64,000 bases of DNA from Candidatus Latescibacterota bacterium (GTDB lineage Bacteria > Latescibacterota > UBA2968 > SICM01): NCBI GenBank assembly GCA_965217865.1, contig CBDCJO010000002.1:2848001-2912000 (forward strand). Reading direction: 5' to 3'. Shown here piece by piece: positions 49,922 to 59,205 of this stretch. The first letter of the stretch is position 1. The number at the start of each line of letters is the position of its first letter. A program made the position numbers and the translations under genes. The notes under the pieces are model-generated. The model had not been told where the DNA came from, made no database searches, and saw nothing but the letters and a program-made list of their open reading frames with translations.

Positions 49922-50440
49922 CTACACGTCAAGATCTCTCAGATCCCTCTCAACCTTTTTGCGGTAGTCGTCCCTCTCCACCCCTTTAGCGTCCGCATCA
50001 CTTGGGATCGATTCCCGATTCTCATTCCGTTTCGACAAACGGAGAATGACTGCCCGTACAATTCCTCCTCCGACAAGGATCATGAAGAAGGGGACCACCC
50101 AGGCCGTGAGATTAAAACCCTTGGTCGTTGGCGCAGCCAGCACCTGTTCCCCATGCTTCGTGACGAACGACTGGATGATCTCCTCCCCGCTCAACCCTGC
50201 GGAGATCTTTTCATCAATCAGTTGCCTGGCGGGTGTTGCGAACGGACAGTTGGTATGATTGCATGCATCCACGGTCATGTTGCACCCACACCTGCACGAC
50301 AGTTCTCGTGAGACTTCTGAGACGGTCACGGCCCCCGACGGTGGTGATTGGAACAGGACCATCGAAAAAACGAAGAGGAACAGTTTTACCCCTTCCGCCG
50401 AATTGTTGAAAGCCTTTGAAGCCCATCCGGTTTTTTTCAT
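49922..50440 (-). CDS. ccmH: Cytochrome c biogenesis protein CcmH
   Basis: LSCRCGC, FVTKHGEQVLAAP, GFNLTAWVVP. Confidence 0.85.
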   Translation of the reverse strand: MKKTGWASKAFNNSAEGVKLFLFVFSMVLFQSPPSGAVTVSEVSRELSCRCGCNMTVDACNHTNCPFATPARQLIDEKISAGLSGEEIIQSFVTKHGEQVLAAPTTKGFNLTAWVVPFFMILVGGGIVRAVILRLSKRNENRESIPSDADAKGVERDDYRKKVERDLRDLDV

Positions 50441-50456
50441 TTTTCATTTTTCATTT

Positions 50457-52457
50457 TCATATCCGCACTTCGCCCCCTCGCGCCACCCGGGCCGGAACCG
50501 TACTTCGCCTTGCCCCGGAAGGCTTCAAATCGGGAAGCATGACGATAATCGTCCCTAACGTCACGACGATCCCCCCGATCCAAACCCAGGCCACCAGCGG
50601 GTTGACGTGGATGCGGAGGAACGCCACGTCGTCATCCCCTTGCCCTTCGAAAATCATATAAAGATCCTCTTGCAACGTTGAGACGATAGAGACTTCCGTC
50701 ACCCTCTGCTGATCGGACCTTTTGTAATACGTGAGGATTCCGGGTTTCATCGTTCCCAGGAGTTCGCCGTCCCTTTTCACCTCGACCCATGCCCGCCTAT
50801 CGATCGTGCTCTCGTTCTGTTCCCCCGAACTGCCCTTATAGGTAAGGTGGTACCTCCGCAACTGAATCGACTCGCCCGGCTTCAGTTTGGCATCGACCTC
50901 CGCGTTGAAGACACTCCCTGTGAATCCGATGAAGAGAAGAACGATCCCGAAATGGACGACATAACCTCCGTAGCGCCGTTTGTTCCGGAGGGTCAACCCC
51001 TTGATCGCCTGGCCGTAGGATTCGCCGGAAGTACTCATCCGTGCGAGGGCCCCCCGATGAAATTCAGAGACGATGGTCACGGTCACAAAAGAGCAGAGCC
51101 CGAATGAGATCAACGCCGAGACATCCCTGATTCCCCACGCAAGCAGTCCGCCTGCCGTCGCCACACAGAACAGGGCCGGGATCGAGAAGTGCCGGATCAG
51201 ACTCTTTCTCGAAGTATGCCGCCACGCCAGGAGGGGGCCGATTCCCGCGAGCGCCATCAGGACCAGACCGATGGGAACCATAATCTTGTTGAAGTAGGGG
51301 GCGCCTACCGTAACCTTTGAACCGGTGACCGCCTCCGAGATAACGGGGAACATCGTACCCCAGAAAACCGCGAAGGCCGCGCCCAGGAACATCAGGTTGT
51401 TCAAGAGGAACCCGCTTTCCCTCGATATCGGTGATTCAAAAACATTACGACTCTTGAGCATTGCACGGCGACGCCACAAAAGGAACCCCGAAAACAGCAG
51501 GGTGAGGAATACAAACCCGAGAAACAAGGGACCGATCTCCGACTGGGCGAAAGCGTGAACCGATGAGACCACACCGCTTCGGGTAAGGAACGTTCCATAG
51601 ATACACAACGTGTAGGTCAGGATGATCAAGACCATATTCCAGATCTTGAGCATTCCCTTTTTCTCCTGGATCATTACCGAATGCAGGAAAGCCGTGCCCA
51701 CCAACCACGGTATCAACGCGGAATTTTCCACCGGATCCCAACCCCAATACCCCCCCCAACCCAACACGACATACGCCCACTTCCCTCCAAGAAGTTGACC
51801 CGTTCCCAGAAAAAACCACGGGAAAATAGTCCATCGGCGTGTCGCCCGGATCCATCCCTCGTCCATCTCTCCGCTCAGGAGGGCAGCCATCGCAAACGCA
51901 AACGGAACCGAAAATCCCACGTAGCCCAGGTAAAGCATGGGTGGATGAATCGCCATCACGGGATGGATCAGCAACGGATTCAGACCCTGTCCATCCTCTG
52001 GAATAAAATCAAGAGTCTGAAAAGGATTCTCGAAGAAAACGATGACACCCAGGAAAAATACCATCACGGTTGCGAGGATTGCGTGGGAGTAGGAAGAGAG
52101 CGCCCCCCGACGTCTCCGGTTGACACCCGAAATCACCACGCCATAGGCCGACAGAACGAACACCCAGAGAAGCAGGGACCCCTCCATGCCCGACCAGAAC
52201 GCCGCCACCGTATAAGGAAATGATAGGTCCATGCTGGAATGCATGGCCACATAACGAACCTGGAAGTCCTTGATCTGGAAAAGGTAACCAAGGGAAACCG
52301 AAGCCAGGAGAATGAGGACGAACGACGCCGTGATGCCGTTCTCGGCACTCACGATCCATTCGTTCCGCCGCGTCCTCCCTCCGATGGCCCCTGTCACAAC
52401 GGTGTAAATCGCGACCGCAAAAGCCATCATCACCGAAAATGATCCCAGTTCTGCCAT
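50457..52457 (-). CDS. ccmF: Heme lyase CcmF
   Basis: EGSLLLW, GLNPLL, HPPMLYLGYVG, WGGYWGWDPVEN, SVHAFA. Confidence 0.96.
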   Translation of the reverse strand: MAELGSFSVMMAFAVAIYTVVTGAIGGRTRRNEWIVSAENGITASFVLILLASVSLGYLFQIKDFQVRYVAMHSSMDLSFPYTVAAFWSGMEGSLLLWVFVLSAYGVVISGVNRRRRGALSSYSHAILATVMVFFLGVIVFFENPFQTLDFIPEDGQGLNPLLIHPVMAIHPPMLYLGYVGFSVPFAFAMAALLSGEMDEGWIRATRRWTIFPWFFLGTGQLLGGKWAYVVLGWGGYWGWDPVENSALIPWLVGTAFLHSVMIQEKKGMLKIWNMVLIILTYTLCIYGTFLTRSGVVSSVHAFAQSEIGPLFLGFVFLTLLFSGFLLWRRRAMLKSRNVFESPISRESGFLLNNLMFLGAAFAVFWGTMFPVISEAVTGSKVTVGAPYFNKIMVPIGLVLMALAGIGPLLAWRHTSRKSLIRHFSIPALFCVATAGGLLAWGIRDVSALISFGLCSFVTVTIVSEFHRGALARMSTSGESYGQAIKGLTLRNKRRYGGYVVHFGIVLLFIGFTGSVFNAEVDAKLKPGESIQLRRYHLTYKGSSGEQNESTIDRRAWVEVKRDGELLGTMKPGILTYYKRSDQQRVTEVSIVSTLQEDLYMIFEGQGDDDVAFLRIHVNPLVAWVWIGGIVVTLGTIIVMLPDLKPSGARRSTVPARVARGGEVRI

Positions 52458-52460
52458 GCC

Positions 52461-52895
52461 TTATGGTCTCCTCGGGTTCACGGGATGCGATTCCTTTTCC
52501 GATTCGTTATCGGTTAACGGGGCCAGTCGAACGTGAGAAATACCGGACCGTTTTTCCACCGGATGTCGAAGAACGACATCCCGCCCGGTGATATCCACCC
52601 CCCCGAAAAGAACCTCGCGACTATCGATCTCGCCATCTTCTAAGTGAAGATGCTTGAAGGGACCCAGATCTCCCACCCGGACCCCGACCTCCGACGGCTG
52701 ACCGTCATAGGAATACAGACCCACATAGATATGGTACAAACCTTCTGCAGCGGGGGAAAGGATCAGGTCAGGGGTTCGGGTTCCGGGAAGGGCCACCAAG
52801 ACGGAACCTCCATCGATTGTTTCCACGATCCAGCGCCGTGGAGACGGGCTGGTCGCGAGGGCATCGGAGGGAATTCGGCGTGGAAGCTCATCCAT
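52461..52895 (-). CDS. Hypothetical protein
   Basis: Beta-rich ORF (GLYHIYVGLY); start set at MDELP, downstream of the flgM terminator. Confidence 0.55.
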   Translation of the reverse strand: MDELPRRIPSDALATSPSPRRWIVETIDGGSVLVALPGTRTPDLILSPAAEGLYHIYVGLYSYDGQPSEVGVRVGDLGPFKHLHLEDGEIDSREVLFGGVDITGRDVVLRHPVEKRSGISHVRLAPLTDNESEKESHPVNPRRP

Positions 52896-52946
52896 CAGGA
52901 TGGTTCGCCGATGCCGAGTGACTGGAGACAATCCTGGCCTCTGATC

Positions 52947-52976
52947 AAAAAAGAGGGCGGGCAAGAGCCCGCCCTT
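52947..52976 (-). terminator. Intrinsic terminator after flgM
   Basis: AGGGCGGGC TCTT GCCCGCCCT CTTTTTT. Confidence 0.8.
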
Positions 52977-53008
52977 AATAGGCTAAATAGATTCTCTCAG
53001 CTGGAATA

Positions 53009-53323
53009 TTACGTTAGTCCAAAGGACCTGAGAAGGCGGTCGGCGATTGTCGACCGGACCTCAGGCTGATCGTAAAATCCCTCCTGAACCCTTTCGCGGG
53101 CCTGGGCAACCCGGTCGGCGCGTACGTCAGGCGTGTTCTTCGCAACGTCGATCAGGCTCGCTTGCCTTGCCCGGATCTGGGAAACGTCATCCGTTGCATC
53201 AGTGGATCCCGATTCCCCCCCTTCATCCGAGCGGGTGGAACTTCGCTCCGTTTCCCGACGTTCCCCACGTTGAACTTTCCCCAAATCATCGGGTTGACCA
53301 AACGCATCGCCGATTTTCGGCAT
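53009..53323 (-). CDS. flgM: Anti-sigma28 factor FlgM
   Basis: Disordered N-terminus, then PDVRADRVAQARERVQEGFY...IADRLL. Confidence 0.8.
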   Translation of the reverse strand: MPKIGDAFGQPDDLGKVQRGERRETERSSTRSDEGGESGSTDATDDVSQIRARQASLIDVAKNTPDVRADRVAQARERVQEGFYDQPEVRSTIADRLLRSFGLT

Positions 53324-53444
53324 GACCCCTCCGGAAATGCAGGGTTTAACTATAATATCCCGAACCCGTTCTCAGCTTAACGCTTTATAAAAAGATAAAC
53401 AGTTCCGGCTAACAGGTCAAGCGTTTTTGATTGAAGCCTTGTCG

Positions 53445-53473
53445 TTGACAATCCCTTATGGATTTGTTATCCT
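53445..53473 (+). promoter_or_regulatory. Sigma70-type promoter
   Basis: TTGACA-N17-TATCCT. Confidence 0.55.
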
Positions 53474-53522
53474 TGAGAACGAAATACACCCCTAATCGTT
53501 TTTCAATTGGACTTTTCACGAC

Positions 53523-53711
53523 ATGTTATTCCTTTCCCGAGTCCTTCAATTCATCGGAATTCTTGAGGTCGGCTACGGAATCTTCAATGGCGTCATTCAG
53601 GATATCGACACGGGAGAAGGTGGCCTAGCTCTGAATTTGCGGCACGCCATGGTCGGTGGGGCCATCTTCCTTTTTGGATGGATGATCCAGAAGCACTGGA
53701 TAAAACGGTAA
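53523..53711 (+). CDS. Small two-TM membrane protein
   Basis: 62 aa hydrophobic ORF, first after the promoter. Confidence 0.55.
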   Translation: MLFLSRVLQFIGILEVGYGIFNGVIQDIDTGEGGLALNLRHAMVGGAIFLFGWMIQKHWIKR

Positions 53712-53747
53712 GGTTCAGAATCACTCGCCTTTTTTTAAGGATTTTCT

Positions 53748-54788
53748 ATGCCGGTTTTTACACCAGAATATCTGCAAGACATCTCTTCGAGAATCTTCCA
53801 AAGCTTCGGCGCCTCCAAATTCGAAGGCGACTTGGTTGCGGAGCTCCTCGTCGACGCCAACCTGGCAGGCCACGACTCGCACGGCGTCATCCGAATTCAT
53901 CAGTACGTGGGTTTTATCAAGGAAAAAGGGGTTGTCCCCGGCGCCCCCATCCAGATTGAGAAGGAAACCCCGTCTACCGCCGTCATCAACGGAAACTGGG
54001 GGTTCGGTCAAGTTATAGCCACCCGCGCCATGGAAATCGCCATCGAGAAGGCCAGGGAGCACGCGATCAGCACCGTCACGATATACAAAAGCAACCACAT
54101 CGGCCGATTGGGGTCTTACAGTTTGCTTGCCGCACGGATGGATAAGATTGGACTGCTGATGGCCAACGGCCACGGTGGGGCAATCAGCACAGCCCCCTTC
54201 GGTGGGACGGAAAGACGGCTGGGGACCAACCCCATCACAGTGGGTATCCCGTCCGGCGGCGAACCTATCGTCCTGGATATGACCACGAGCGTTGTGGCCG
54301 AGGGAAAAGTGAGGGTTAAGCGCAACAGGGGAGAGCAAACCCCCCCCGGTTGGATAATCGACTCTGAGGGAAACCCGACAACCGACCCGAACGACTACTA
54401 CGGTCCGCCGAAAGGGGCGATCCTGCCGTTTGGTGGAGACGCCAGCCACAAAGGATATGGCCTCTCGGTCATCGTTGATATCCTGAGCGGCGCTTTGAAC
54501 AAGGCCGGTTGCAGCCGGCCAGACACGTCAAAGATCGGCAACGCCGTATTTATCTATGTAATCGATCCGGGGGCGTTCACTTCCCTGGACGGGTTCAAAA
54601 ATCAGGTGGACGACTTCATCGCATTCATCAAATCCTCTTCAAAAGCACCTGGCTTCTCCGGGATCCTCATGCCGGGCGAGATCGAGATTCAAGAAGAGAA
54701 GAAGCGCAGGGCGGAAGGGATCTTTGTCGAGGACCGGACTTGGGAGCAAATTCTGGACATTGCGGTGAACCAGGGCATCGAGGTATGA
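53748..54788 (+). CDS. Ldh_2-family (malate/L-lactate/ureidoglycolate) dehydrogenase
   Basis: ANLAGHDSHGV, NHIGRLG, LGTNPI, LDMTTS, HKGYGLS. Confidence 0.93.
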   Translation: MPVFTPEYLQDISSRIFQSFGASKFEGDLVAELLVDANLAGHDSHGVIRIHQYVGFIKEKGVVPGAPIQIEKETPSTAVINGNWGFGQVIATRAMEIAIEKAREHAISTVTIYKSNHIGRLGSYSLLAARMDKIGLLMANGHGGAISTAPFGGTERRLGTNPITVGIPSGGEPIVLDMTTSVVAEGKVRVKRNRGEQTPPGWIIDSEGNPTTDPNDYYGPPKGAILPFGGDASHKGYGLSVIVDILSGALNKAGCSRPDTSKIGNAVFIYVIDPGAFTSLDGFKNQVDDFIAFIKSSSKAPGFSGILMPGEIEIQEEKKRRAEGIFVEDRTWEQILDIAVNQGIEV

Positions 54789-55444
54789 CCCGAGGTCTTC
54801 TATTCATTGTCCTTCTGGGCAGTTACCTGGGTTACCCCGTAATCACACACGGGGGTCCCACCTCTGACCCCTTGAAAAAAATGAGGGAGCGGTTTGATGG
54901 ACTAAGCACCCTCTCGGCAAATTTCGAGCGAGGATTTCAATGGAACCTTGCAAAAAAGAAACAAACCTTTAAAGGGAAAATGTTCCTCAAGAAACCGAAC
55001 ATGTTCCGTTTCGATACTCGGGACCACGTCGTCTCCACTGACGGCGAATCCGTTTGGAATTTCGTCCTTGCGAACAACCAGGTCGTCATCAACAAATATG
55101 CGGCCCCTCAAAATGATCGAAGTCCCGAGGGTCTGCTTTTCAACCTCCTATTTCAGGAGGGTTATGTCCAGGGTTATACGTCTTTTGATGGGGGGACGGA
55201 AAAGCTGGACGGAAAGACGTGCACCGTCATCGGTCTAACGGCCCTGAAAGAGGAGGCCTATATCTCTTCCATTCGGTTATGGATCGTCAACCATACCGCC
55301 CTCCCTTCCCGAATCGAATATGTTGATTTCAACGAAGATATTACCACCTACCGCCTTTCGAGGTTTAAACTCGACCGAAAGATCCCGGACGAGACATTTC
55401 GGTTCACCCCCCCCGCGGAGGTAGAGGTCGTCGATTTTCGATGA
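54785..55444 (+). CDS. lolA: Outer-membrane lipoprotein carrier LolA
   Basis: LSANF, GKMFLKKPNMFRF, STDGESVW, FRFTPPAEVEVVD. Confidence 0.85.
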   Translation: MTRGLLFIVLLGSYLGYPVITHGGPTSDPLKKMRERFDGLSTLSANFERGFQWNLAKKKQTFKGKMFLKKPNMFRFDTRDHVVSTDGESVWNFVLANNQVVINKYAAPQNDRSPEGLLFNLLFQEGYVQGYTSFDGGTEKLDGKTCTVIGLTALKEEAYISSIRLWIVNHTALPSRIEYVDFNEDITTYRLSRFKLDRKIPDETFRFTPPAEVEVVDFR

Positions 55445-55581
55445 ATAGACAGAACACCAGTAAGATTTACCTTTGATCATTCCAGGTGGATCTATACCCC
55501 TCGATCGGGGGTGAGGTTTAAGACATTTATATTGTCACAAATTCGTTTTTTTTGCATGTTTGAGGATCTTGGAGAAATAAG

Positions 55582-56067
55582 ATGGAACAGTTGTGGGCAC
55601 CCTGGCGAATGCAGTACATTGCCCGCGAGGAGAAAAACGGAGATTGCATCTTCTGTGAAAAGTGGAAGAGCGACTCCGATGGGGAGAACTTGATCCTGTT
55701 TCGCGGAGAGTTTTGCTTTGTGATTATGAACCTTTTCCCTTACAACAACGGCCACCTCATGATCCTACCCATCCGTCACTTCGCAGATGTTGCCGATCTT
55801 TCCGATTCGGAACAAGCAGAGATGTTTTGCTTGATGCAGCGAAACGTTGCCAGCATACGCAAAGTGATGAAACCGCACGGTTTCAACATAGGGTTCAATC
55901 TCGGCCAGGCCGCCGGCGCGGGCATCGCTGACCACCTCCATCTCCACATCGTCCCGAGGTGGACCGGCGATACGAACTTTATGCCTGTCCTGGGCAACAC
56001 CCGCGTGGTCTCCGAGGCCATCGAGGAGACCTACCGGAAGCTAAAGGTTGAAATACGGGATGAATAA
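55582..56067 (+). CDS. HIT-family hydrolase
   Basis: LWAPWRMQY, CIFC, NLFPYNNGHLM, HLHLHIVPRW. Confidence 0.93.
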   Translation: MEQLWAPWRMQYIAREEKNGDCIFCEKWKSDSDGENLILFRGEFCFVIMNLFPYNNGHLMILPIRHFADVADLSDSEQAEMFCLMQRNVASIRKVMKPHGFNIGFNLGQAAGAGIADHLHLHIVPRWTGDTNFMPVLGNTRVVSEAIEETYRKLKVEIRDE

Positions 56068-56166
56068 AGAAGAGGATGACGTGAGGAGGTAAGCGAAGCC
56101 AGGGGTTTTATTCCGCCCAGCGACCGACGATCCATAAACAACGAACCGCTACCTAAGGAGATCCAA

Positions 56167-57280
56167 ATGCCTACCGATTTGCAATCCGATCTGAATTCCT
56201 GCGATGCACGTCTTGTCAATCTGAGAGGGTATCTTTGACCTCGATAAAAGGGATGCCCGAGTCGTCGAATTGACAAAGCAGATGGAACGTCCGGGTTTCT
56301 GGAACGATCAAGCATCCGCCAAGGGTGTGATCGAAGAGGCCAATGGCCATAAACGTTGGACGGAGGCCTGGAAAGACCTTCGAGGACGGCTCGACGACCT
56401 GATTGCTCTTCACGAACTGGCACATGAAGAGGAAGATGCCCCGACCCTTGCCGACATCGAGCGGGACCTCAAGTCCGTTGAGAAAGAAATCTCGGAACTT
56501 GAATTCCGGAACATGCTCGACGATCCGGACGATGAATTGGATGCCATCCTGACCATCCATCCGGGAGCCGGTGGGACCGAGTCCAACGACTGGGCGCAAA
56601 TGTTGATGCGGATGTACACCCGATGGTCCGAGCGGAACGGATATACCGCGGAAGCCCTCGACCTGCTCCCGGGTGATGAGGCCGGGTTAAAGAGCGCAAC
56701 GATCGAGATTAAGGGGAAATACGCATACGGCTACCTCAAGGCCGAGGCCGGAGTGCATCGCCTCGTGCGGATATCCCCCTTCGATGCAAACAGTCGCCGA
56801 CACACTTCCTTCGTCTCCGTCTTCGTCTATCCAGACAAAGAGGGGGACCTGGAGATAGAGATTAAGGATGAGGACATCAAGATCGATACTTACCGAGCTG
56901 GCGGAGCAGGCGGGCAGCACGTCAATAAAACTTCATCCGCCGTTAGGATCACGCATCTTCCCACCGGTATCGTTGCCCAATGCCAGAACGAGCGATCTCA
57001 ACACAAGAACAAGAACACAGCGATGAAGATCCTCAAGGCGCGGCTGTATAAACATCAGAAAGAAGAAGAACAGAAGAAATTGGACGAGTTCGAAAGCACC
57101 AAGAAAAAAATCGAATGGGGGAGCCAAATCCGATCTTACGTCTTCCATCCATACAATATGGTCAAAGACCACAGGACGGATATGGAAGTCGGGAACGTCT
57201 CCGCGGTGATGGACGGCAACATCGATTCTTTCATCAAGGCCTTTTTGAGTCAAAATAGAGGAGACTTCGCGGCGGATTAG
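56167..57280 (+). CDS. prfB: Peptide chain release factor 2 with programmed +1 frameshift
   Basis: ATG 56167 to AGGG-TAT-CTT-TGA-C (56233-39), then the +1 frame with SPF and GGQ motifs. Confidence 0.97.
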
Positions 57281-57383
57281 GATCGATCGGCGGGACGTGA
57301 AACGACGAAATCGGACGTAGATCGGCCGTTTGGTGAAAAACCCGAAAACCTGTTCTGAACGACCGAGTCCGCCGGAGATGTTT

Positions 57384-57421
57384 CGACCCCCTCAACATAA
57401 ACGTGGAGGGGGTCGGTTTTT
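57384..57421 (+). terminator. Intrinsic terminator after prfB
   Basis: CGACCCCCTC...GAGGGGGTCG GTTTTT. Confidence 0.7.
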
Positions 57422-57451
57422 AGGCCTGTTTTTTAAGATTTTGTGAATTTC

Positions 57452-57703
57452 TTATTTGGAGAAGAGGCGATTGGATCCGTCTTTCTTGTCTTTCAGGATA
57501 TCGACAATCAGTTGAACATTTAACATCTCAACGATTTCTTCCTCGGTGAATTGAACCCCAAACGCCTCCTCCAGAGCCAGTACCAAATTCATGTGCCTTA
57601 AAGAATCCCAAGCCTCGATCGTATCTGGAGAAGAATCTTCGCGGATTTCTTCAACCGATAGCCCCATAACCTGGCTTAGAATTTTAAAGACCGTTTGCTT
57701 CAA
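57452..57703 (-). CDS. Acyl carrier protein
   Basis: WDSLRHMNLVLALEEAFGVQF, phosphopantetheine Ser. Confidence 0.9.
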   Translation of the reverse strand: MKQTVFKILSQVMGLSVEEIREDSSPDTIEAWDSLRHMNLVLALEEAFGVQFTEEEIVEMLNVQLIVDILKDKKDGSNRLFSK

Positions 57704-57754
57704 AATATCTCCCGCGAGAGAGAGCGACTTGCGACCCGAATGAGGGTTCTACCC

Positions 57755-59197
57755 ATGACACGCCCCCTCGGACTTCAGGGCCTCTTGACCCTGCGTCCCG
57801 AAAATCGCATCCTGTTTTCCCTTATCGCAGGTCTCCAGGCCATTCTGATCTCCATGCTTCTCCTGAAGGGGGAAACCACCCTCCTCGTGGCAGTCCTTCT
57901 CACGATTTCTGTATCTGCGGTCCTGTTTTCCACGACCGGCAGCCTCTTTGTCTTGGCCTTCTTCACGATTGTTATCCCGAGTGAGATGCTTGAAGAGAAG
58001 TTGCTCCTGCCGCTCAATTTCAAATTTTACGAGGGCCTCTATGCCATCGTTCTCTTCTTTGCAGCCCTGGAATGGGTATATCGAAGGCGTCTTGGATTTC
58101 AGAAAACAGTGCTGGATCGACCCATGCAGGGTTTCCTCATCGCGATACTGGCCTCTGTCTTTATCGGAATCCTCCGGGGTCACCCCCTCTCAGATATCCT
58201 GCCCGATGTGCGCTTTCCCCTGTACTACTCCGTCTTTTTCATCGCAGCCCAGTTTTTCGACCCACGCAGGGTTTCAAACTTTTTGACGCTTCTAATCGCC
58301 GCCACGACCGTAGTGGCCTTCCAGTACCTATTGGCCTTCTTTGCTGGAGTAAACCTGTCCATGGTCGGCACCTACACTCGAATCGTCCGGGCGGAGGGGG
58401 TCATCCTCCCGATCGGCATCCTCTTCCTCCTCAGTCGGACCGTTTTCAATCAATCAACGATCCATCGGGGTGCCCTAACGTTCCTCCTCCTCCCCCTTAT
58501 TATCGCGTTCGTGATCTGTATGAGCCGGGGACTCTGGATTTCTTTCGCAATAGGCTTGGCGAGCCTCTCCATCCTTCTGATCCTGGACCGCCAAAGACCT
58601 CATCGCCGTATCGCCAGGGGGATAAGGTTGGCCGTCGCCTTTCCCCTTTTGATTCTCTTGGCCGTATACGGATTTCAAGCACTCACCGGAGCAGGCCTGG
58701 ACACCTTGGCCTCCTCACGTTTCTCAACCGCAACCCAGTTTGAGGAGGATACGTCCCTCAGTCACCGGGTCCTTTCATACGTCGTCGCCTTGGACCAGAT
58801 CATGGATCATCCCATCATCGGCAACGGTCACGGGGCGACCATTACATATCCGGTTCGCATCTTCGGAAGAATGAATGTCATTACAACGAGCCATATCGAC
58901 AGTCTTTACGTCGTCCTCCTCCACCGCCTTGGCATCGTCGGCCTTTTTCTGTTCGGTTGGCTCGCGGTCCGTGCATTGTTGCGGGCTTACCGCCTGTTCC
59001 AGGTCAGTGAGTCAAACCAGACCCGGATCTTCTGCGCCGGGTTCATCGCGGCCACGGTCCAATCCCTGACCCTCGGCTTGAGTGACGCCACGATGTTCAT
59101 CGGCCGGTTTGTGTTCATCCACGCCATCCTCTTCGCGCTCTTCGCGATCCTCGAACGCAAAGAGCGACTCGGGGGAGTCTCAGATGTGGAATCTTGA
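57755..59197 (+). CDS. O-antigen ligase/Wzy-family membrane protein
   Basis: Many TMs; SRGLWI, HPIIGNGHG, HIDSLYVVLLHRLGIVG. Confidence 0.85.
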   Translation: MTRPLGLQGLLTLRPENRILFSLIAGLQAILISMLLLKGETTLLVAVLLTISVSAVLFSTTGSLFVLAFFTIVIPSEMLEEKLLLPLNFKFYEGLYAIVLFFAALEWVYRRRLGFQKTVLDRPMQGFLIAILASVFIGILRGHPLSDILPDVRFPLYYSVFFIAAQFFDPRRVSNFLTLLIAATTVVAFQYLLAFFAGVNLSMVGTYTRIVRAEGVILPIGILFLLSRTVFNQSTIHRGALTFLLLPLIIAFVICMSRGLWISFAIGLASLSILLILDRQRPHRRIARGIRLAVAFPLLILLAVYGFQALTGAGLDTLASSRFSTATQFEEDTSLSHRVLSYVVALDQIMDHPIIGNGHGATITYPVRIFGRMNVITTSHIDSLYVVLLHRLGIVGLFLFGWLAVRALLRAYRLFQVSESNQTRIFCAGFIAATVQSLTLGLSDATMFIGRFVFIHAILFALFAILERKERLGGVSDVES

Positions 59198-59205
59198 AGG
59201 TTTAT

